DNA of 64,000 nucleotides from Diplonema japonicum (Eukaryota > Protista > Euglenozoa: Diplonemea), in contig OZ025674.1 in assembly GCA_964019335.1 (NCBI GenBank), positions 124,001-188,000 on the forward strand, read 5' to 3'. Both the position numbers and the translations under genes were made by a program. Shown here piece after piece: positions 56,866 through 64,000 of this stretch (position 1 is its first letter; the number at the start of each line of letters is the position of its first letter). The notes beneath the pieces are model-generated. The model was not told the DNA's origin, did no database searches, and saw nothing but the letters and a program-made list of their open reading frames with translations.

Positions 56866-58342
56866 ATGCCGCAAGGAGAGCCCCCAGCGAGGGATCCGTT
56901 GAAGCTGAGTAGAAAGCCGCCCGCAGAGGGGCAGGGAGCTGAGGTCAAGAAAGCATCGAAATTAAAAGGGCTGGCTCCAGTTCAAATGAGTAGCGGGGGT
57001 AGTGGCAACAGCAGCGGAAGCCTCTCATCGCAATCCGGAGAAGGACGGGGAAACATGTGCATACCGACGGCAGGGTGCGGGGGGAACGTCTTTGCCTTCG
57101 GCGAAGACGGGCTGCAACGAAACCTTCTACGGGACCTTTCACAGTGCCTACCAACCAAGGCCGTGAACAAAGGAAGGCATCAACACCTAAACGTCCGGAA
57201 ACCCCCTGGCGGGAAGCCAATCAGCTACAAAGACCTTGTCCTATCCAAAGAACCCATCGGGAAGGTATTCCTCATTCTCCATCTTTCAACACAACACAGG
57301 GCGGTCAAGGAGTAGTTCGAAAGGCACACCATGCTGGATCGAACACATGCTTCGCGATGAAGGAGTTATATCTCCCAACAGATTCTGATACGAACCCGCT
57401 GCAGCCGATGCAGAGGGAGCTGGAGAGGGTGTTGCTGGAGGAGCGGAACAACGCGGAGACCATGCGTCAGCTGGAGATATACACCGTGCAGAACTACGAG
57501 GCGTACTGGTTGGAGAGAAAAGGGAAGGTGTACATCCTCATGGAGTGGATGGAGCACGGGTCTCTCCTCGACGTCCTTGCAAAGATGAAGGCGATGAAGG
57601 CCGCCAACACTTACTTCGCCAACTACCCTCCTCCCGCATCGTACAAACAGCACAATTTACTTCCTCCGCAGTACGTCCAAGACGCCCGACATGGCGCAGA
57701 AGGAGCCACCATGCCAATCGGCACTGTAGCCTTAGACGACTCCTTAGGGCGGTTTTCAATGGAGGACCTGTCCAACATTGCACACTCGGTATGGTTTAAA
57801 AAAAAAAAAAAAAAAAAAAAAATTAGGTTCTGTCAGGGCTGGTGCAGCTCCAGCATCTCGGTCTTGTTCATAACGATATCAAGCCTAGCAATATTCTTGT
57901 CGGCCGGAATGGTGAAGTGAAAATCTCTGATTTCGGGGTTGCGAAGTGGACGGACAGCATCAGCATCGCGGGAAGCGGTACTGGGTCTTTTCATTACATG
58001 GCACCAGAGAGGGTTTTGGCCGAAGACTACTCGTACCAGGCTGATATTTTCTCTTTGGGGCTTGCGCTTGCACATTGTGCGCTGGGTAAGTACCCCTTGG
58101 TCTCTGCTTCACGGAAGATGTTCGACGTGCTGGCAGCCATACCCAAGGGGCGTGCGCTGGTGATGTACCCCTCTGAGGCAAATGTCGATCCTGCTTTCCA
58201 GGACTTCACCTGGCAGTGCATGATTCCTACTTGGGCCTCACGTCCAACAGCCCGGGACCTCTTATCGCACCCCTTCATCACCTCTTACCAGCAAAACAAG
58301 CCTTCTGACTATCGTCCTGGGTTTCTTTCAGTTTTTTCTTAG
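56866..58342 (+). CDS. MAP kinase kinase (STE7)-like kinase; join(56866..57264,57300..57788,57827..58342)
   Basis: Splicing yields IGK|GGQGVV, AMKEL, ILMEWMEHGSL, HNDIKPSNIL, DFGVA, S-x5-S activation loop and YMAPER. Confidence 0.88.
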
Positions 58343-58366
58343 GAAAAAAAAAGAGGGGTAAAAAAA

Positions 58367-58397
<31 letters not shown>

Positions 58398-58515
58398 CAA
58401 TGTGCAATAAGAGAGAGGGGGGGGGGGGGGGGGATATCTTCAGTTCAGTTTCCGTAATTTCTTCTTCCCTCCCCCTGTGGGCCGTTGCAAACAGTTCTCC
58501 CTTCCCCATCATAGT

Positions 58516-58555
<40 letters not shown>

Positions 58556-59692
58556 GATTTCCTTTTTGTGTGGCAGTGTATTTTTAAATTCCCTCCCCCT
58601 TCCCGACCATCTTGATTAGGATAGTCTTTTTGTCCCGTTTTTTTTTGTCCTTTTTATATCCATGGTTATTGTTGTTCGTGAGAGTAGGGGCTTTAAAAAA
58701 AAAAAGAAGATGAAAAAAGTACATCAGTGGAGAGTTTAAAATATGATTCGACCCCCCCCCCCCCCCCTCCCCTCCCTCCTTCTTTCCTTCCTTCCTTCCT
58801 TCCTTCTCTTCTGCCTGAATATACCGGTAAATTAAACACCTTATTCGCCTAAAGCTTCCCTTTTCTTTCTTTTTATTCTCTGGGTGGGGTGAACAAGAGA
58901 TGGGGTACAACATGCATCAAGCAACATGCTTCGCCTATTTGCGGGGGGGGGGGGGGGGGGATTTTCGCACCTATTGTTTTGCCACTCTCCTAGCCAGACA
59001 CACCATGTCTGAGAGGTGGCGCCGCACAGGTTGGGAGCTCACTCCAATGTGGCACCATGTACTTTATGGTGCACTTGGGGTCATACTGAGCGCAGTTTGG
59101 CCTTTGCCGTTATAGGATCGAATATTTTTCTTTTTTTCGTTACGATGTGGTACGAACACCTTATTCCCTTTCCCCCCTCTCTCCTTTTTTTTTTCTTGTA
59201 CGGATATCTGAATACAAAAAAAAAAAAAAAAAAAAAAAAAAACGGCTCGTTCAGCTACAGGCTATCCGGAGTAGCCCTTTTTTTTTGTTTTTTTTTTTTG
59301 ACGACCTCAAATCCCTAAAACCCCGTTTTAGCAGTGTCCCCCCCCCAAAAAAAATCCTTTGTGTTCGGGGGGGGCCAAGAAATTACTATTTTCTTTTTTT
59401 TAAAAAACGATGGCTGCAACTGAACCCGTGTTGGCGACTCTTCATTGAACACTCGACCCCATTTTTTTTCCTTTTTTTTTTTTTTTTTTTTGGGACAATT
59501 GATTGTGCATTTTCCGGGAGTACAATGTTGAAAGGAGACAGAACCCAACAGGGCTTTTTCGAGGGAAATAAATCTCTATAGCCCTTTTAGATTTTCAAAA
59601 AAAAACTTTTTTTTTAGTCTGGTGGTACAATGAGCTATTGCGCACAACAAATAAAGCGCTGATTAGTTTTTTTTTTTTTTTTTTTTAAATTA

Positions 59693-61007
59693 CTGTAAAA
59701 CGAAAAACTCCCGGACGGAAAAGTGTCCGAGTTTTTTTAGCGTCCGGGAATTTTTTTTAGGTAAGGCCGTCAGGGGGCCTGGTCCACTACCACCTACATA
59801 CTGGCCTGGGCTGCAAACGGCAACCGCGCGAAGAAACCCCCAGGGTTCCCTTTCTGCATCTTTGTCTTCCCTTGCTGCCCCTGAGGCAATCAGCTTGTCG
59901 AGCCTTCGTGTGGCCTACTACCTTTCTTAATAGATGCTTTACAGCTGCGTTCAACCCAATATCCATCGGTTGAACCATGTAGGTGAGCCCAGGGGGACAA
60001 AAGCAATGTGCACGTTTGCGCCTGCGAACAACTCTACGAACCCATAGGCATAGGTCGTGTGAGAGTTGTGGTCGCCGACAAGCAGCAGAATTCGGCAAAA
60101 CCATGGGAATCGATGATTTATAGCAAAAAGGAAGAAACAGCTCCGTAACCCAGATACCAAGTATTTAGCCTTTGCCGTTAGGCTCCATTCGATGGGCGGG
60201 TGCTTGACCGGGGCACGGATAATCCCTGCCGGTTGCGTTTCCGCTTTGCCTCTGTATTTAAGTTGCGGTGCAACCCATCCAGCCAAGGAAACAGCCAGCT
60301 CAACCCACCAAAGTCTACCAGGTCTGTCTTTCGGGCTGGATTGGCGCGCAGCAGCCCTTCTGCATAGGTGCATATTTGTTGTGCTGGGATAAGCTCGCCA
60401 AGCCCGTTTTACCTATCGACTCAAGCAAAAACCTTTCAGCCCCCGAAGGATGCTAAATCCCGTATTGGGCGATACGCTGCTATCACGGCGTCGCGGCGGC
60501 CAGGGTGTGGTAGGGTGGAATAGCAACGTCCAGTATTTCCGTCTGGAAGAAACTGGGGGCTCTGTTGAACCTGTTCCCGCCAAGCTTTCGGGGGTTTGTA
60601 CTGGCCTTCTCGGCCCGGTGTAAGGAGTTTATCTCCTCCACCTCTCGGGGGTGAGCTGGCCGGGGTGTCAGCACCAAAGTTGGGCCCCTCAAAAGCCAGC
60701 TGCTCAACGTGCCTTGGGTAGTCGAACTGGTCAATTTGACGAAAGAAATACGGGTTTATGAGAAGTTAAAGATCCCGTGGGTGCTGTTTGTTGGTGCATT
60801 GAAAGGGGAAGAAAAATTCAAACTGCCACGCAGGGTAAACATTTTGGCTCTGCACAAGTAAATAAAGCCCTTCCAGGCAAACGTGGTGGGAGCTGCTACC
60901 CCCCCTTAAGTAAAAAAACTTCCTCCCAGAAAAAACTCCCGGACGGAAAAATGTCCGGGAATTTTTCTGTCCGAGAATTTTTCCGTCCGACATTATTCGT
61001 TTTACAG
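59693..61007 (-). mobile_element. Decayed pogo-like (DDE_1, Tc1/mariner superfamily) DNA transposon
   Basis: TA|CTGTAAAACGAA...TTCGTTTTACAG|TA; subterminal CGGACGGAAAA repeats; frameshifted transposase AVSLAGWVAPQLKYRGK, ILLLVGDHNSH, CPPGLTYMVQPMDIGLNAAVK. Confidence 0.88.
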
Positions 61008-62047
61008 TATTATTATTATTTATTATTTTTTTTTATGAGGCAAAATAGCACTCTGCGCAAATCAAATGGAGCGCCATATACGAATTCTTTTAAATTAATT
61101 TTCTTTTTTTTTAAAAAAGGTAAAATATTCATTTCGGGAAGAAAAAAAAAAAGTACCGAAAAAGTGCATACATAGCAGGTGCTTGTCTGCCCTTTATTTC
61201 TCCATCCCCCCCCCCCCCATAATTACAATTGCGACTTGCTAAGGGTGGGGGGGTTTAGTTTTCTTTGGTTGGATGCAAGTAGAGGAAACGGGAACCCCCC
61301 CCCTTTTTTTAACGATAAAAATTGTTCTCAGTTTACAGACCATTCGTTGGGGCAGCTAGTTGATTTTATTTTTTGGAGTCAAAAAAAAAATATATAGAAC
61401 CATGATTGCTCCTTGTGCGTCGACAGTCCGTAAGTGTGCGTAGAGGCATTGGAATGGTCCCTTTATTTCTCCTCTTCAGTTCTCGCTCATTTCCTTTTTT
61501 AAAACCTTGCCTTCCCCCCCCCCCTATTTTTTCGTTTACGTATTTTTTTCGGGTCATAAGCACTAGATGCGTTGGCTGTCGTTAGGCGATCCTGTCACAT
61601 ACTGCAGGTTCCCTTCAAAGACACATTTTTCTTTTTTTATCCCACGGGTTTTTGTTTTCTTTTCTTGGGGAAGAACAAAAAAAAAAACAAAAAAAAAAAA
61701 CGACTGCGCTTTCTCAAGAGATGTGAGAGAGAGGGGAGGGGGGACGGGGGGGGGGGGGGGGATAAGGGGGGATAGGAAAAGAAAAGGGGAGGGGAAAATG
61801 AGATCTCGATAAATTCCCCCTTTCCCCCCCCTGCCCCCCCTTTTTTTTTCTAAATTGTTTTCTTCCCCCCTTTTTTTTCGTTGGCATACACACAATAGCA
61901 TGAAACTTTTTTTTTTTTTTTTTTACGTCTCACCCCTCGAATTTTCTGTTTTAACCTTCGTTTGAGTTTGCAAAAAAAAAGAGAAAAAAAGAAAAAAAAA
62001 AGAGAAAAAAAAGAGAAAACAAAAAAAGCATTAAAAAAAATACATGA

Positions 62048-62671
62048 ATGCCTCCAGGTAGGTTCGGGGCAGTCCACGCTGCATTGGCAGGGACGAGGGA
62101 GAAGAACATACAGCGATGCCAGCAGAGGCAAGAGGCCGCTAAAAAGCGGAAACAACGAGAAGACGAGCTAAGAAAGAGGAAAGAGAAGAGCGTAAAGAAA
62201 GTAATGGACACCTACGACCTCAACAAGTCAGGCAAGCTGGAGAAGGAACAGCTCAAGGCAGTCATCAGCAGGCTTAACAACGAAGAGGTGGACGACCGTG
62301 AAGTGGCATGGCTGTTGGCAACATGTGACACAGACAACGATGGCGGTATTGACAAAGAAGAGCTCTTCACAGCCTTATCGTGGTGGGAGCACTACCAGTA
62401 TTCAAAGCCGCAGCTCCAACAACTTCTTGGAAGCTACGACCTCAACAACACCGGGAGGCTAGAACTCGAGGACCTCAGGAAGGTGCTCATCCACCTCAAC
62501 GACAACCAGCATGTGGGGAGGAGCGAAGCTGAGAAAATATTAGAGATGTGCGATGCCTCTGCAGACGGTGGCCTTCAAGCAAACGAGCTGATGTATGCAA
62601 TATCTGTGTGGTACGCTTCGCATGATGATTTGTCGCGGGTGGAGCTAGCCTCCGTGCCGGTGTGTGGTTTT

Positions 62672-62708
<37 letters not shown>

Positions 62709-62846
62709 AATCAGAGCCCTCCTAAGCTTTCTGCCGTAACTGAGGCACGTAGGGCATCTGATCAGTCAGCCCGGGAATCACGACCTTCCGTGCACCATAA
62801 TCAGAAATCTAAAGGGTGTTGTGCGTGCGACTGTGTCGTTTCATAG
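62048..62846 (+). CDS. Four-EF-hand calmodulin-like protein with C-terminal CaaX; join(62048..62659,62715..62846)
   Basis: DLNKSGKLEKEQL, DTDNDGGIDKEEL, DLNNTGRLELEDL, DASADGGLQANEL; poly(A) intron 62660-62714; ends KSKGCCACDCVVS*. Confidence 0.88.
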
Positions 62847-64000
62847 TAGAAAAAAAAGGGAGAGGGGGGGAATGGGGTTTTTTTTTTGTTTTAATTTTTT
62901 AGAAGGGTTTTTTTTGTACTGGGAGTGGGGGGGGGGGTCTTTTTTCGAATTAGCTCGTCCAAAAAAAAAAAAAAAAACGTAAAAAAAAATTTTTTTTTCT
63001 TTTGAACATAGCAAACTGTGAACGACGCGCACGCTGACCCATCTTGCTCAAGCTTTAGATTGTCAGTCGGACTTCGAAAAACCTTCCGGATCTTTGACAA
63101 AAAAGATTTTTTTTTCCCCCGGTCGAGCTCAAATCTTAAAAGGAAATATGTTTTCTTCTTTTTTTCTTTTTCCCTCATTCTATGCTCTTTTTTTGTCCCC
63201 CTCCCCGTCCATAGTTTCCCAACATTACTGATATCATTTATGCTTTTTTGAAAGAAAAAAAAAAAGGAATGCCAAAAAAAAAAAGAAAGAAAAGAAAGAA
63301 AAAAAAAAGGACCCTTTCGGGATTGACCTCTGCAGTATTTTAGTTTCTTCTATTCATTCCCTCTCTTTTTTTTCTTTTCTTTTTTTTTTCTTTACGTTTC
63401 TCTATTTGTGTCATGATAAGAAGAAGGAAAAAAAAAAGTTTGGGGAAAACCGCCTACCGCATATAGAAAGAGAAAAAAAGAAAAGTTGTAAGTTGAAGGG
63501 TGACGGTGTCACAAAAAAGAATTTAAAAAAAAAATTGTGTCAACCGCCAAAAAATAAATAAAATAAATCACGTTTCATATCTCTTATATGTTGTAGAAAA
63601 CGATGCAGGTTCCCTTCAATGACATCCCCCTCCCTCCTTATTTCTCGGCGAAATATCAATATCACGGAGCTGTCAAGGTACGTGTCTCGGCAGAAAGAAA
63701 TTCTTGTAAACTTTAACAGATATGCGATGTGATATTATTTTTTTTTCCCCCTCTTTTTTTTTAAAAAGAAGTCTCCCCCCACACTCCCCGCCCGCCCACC
63801 TCCTTTTCTTTCCTTTAGTTTAGTCCCCATCTTTCCTAATCTCACACTCTGTTTTGATCCCCCACCCTATCACAACTCTTGCTAAACAAAAAAAAAAAAG
63901 AAAAACAAAAAAACAGTTAAAGAAAGGGTCCCAAAGATGAAGGTGTCTAATGAACTCGACGAGATGTGGCACAGTATGGAAAAAAAGAAATATGGGGGGG

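Noticed and set aside
57641-57671. GTAC...CCGCAG 31-nt intron inside the kinase insert
   Set aside because: Removal shifts the frame into a stop before the catalytic loop
59628-61075. Weak similarity of the transposon flanks (TGCGCA..CAAAT..AGCGC on both sides)
   Set aside because: Short and low identity; cannot be distinguished from chance

Overview
Eukaryotic nuclear DNA from a euglenozoan, most likely a diplonemid. This assignment rests on a clear BILBO1 homologue, 32 protein genes all on the + strand as in a polycistronic cluster, homopolymer-rich spacers, and many short GT-AG introns. I reconstructed 20 introns of 33-65 nt in 10 genes. They have a GTAT donor consensus and mostly poly(A) or (CA)-rich bodies without a U-rich tract, and one of them hides a 61-aa ORF that the ORF track does not give correctly. 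Recognisable products: PH-domain coiled-coil protein, tandem-PUB protein, catalytically dead trypsin-like protein, MAM33-family protein, cytochrome b561, FAM13-like protein, VWA protein, ankyrin protein, DnaJ protein, giant PH-like/pseudo-metacaspase protein, PHO80-type cyclin, NEK and MAPKK kinases, three secreted Cys-rich proteins, BILBO1, GH28, Alba, GT41 transferase and a CaaX EF-hand protein. Non-coding or mobile content: a dispersed repeat with a type I hammerhead ribozyme core (2 copies), two antisense poly(A)-tailed retroposon 3' relics inside a ~10.5-kb CDS-free structured region, a decayed pogo-like transposon with TIRs and a TA duplication, a MITE-like inverted repeat, and an antisense coding relic with a different intron style. 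All calls were made by eye; no searches or folding were run.
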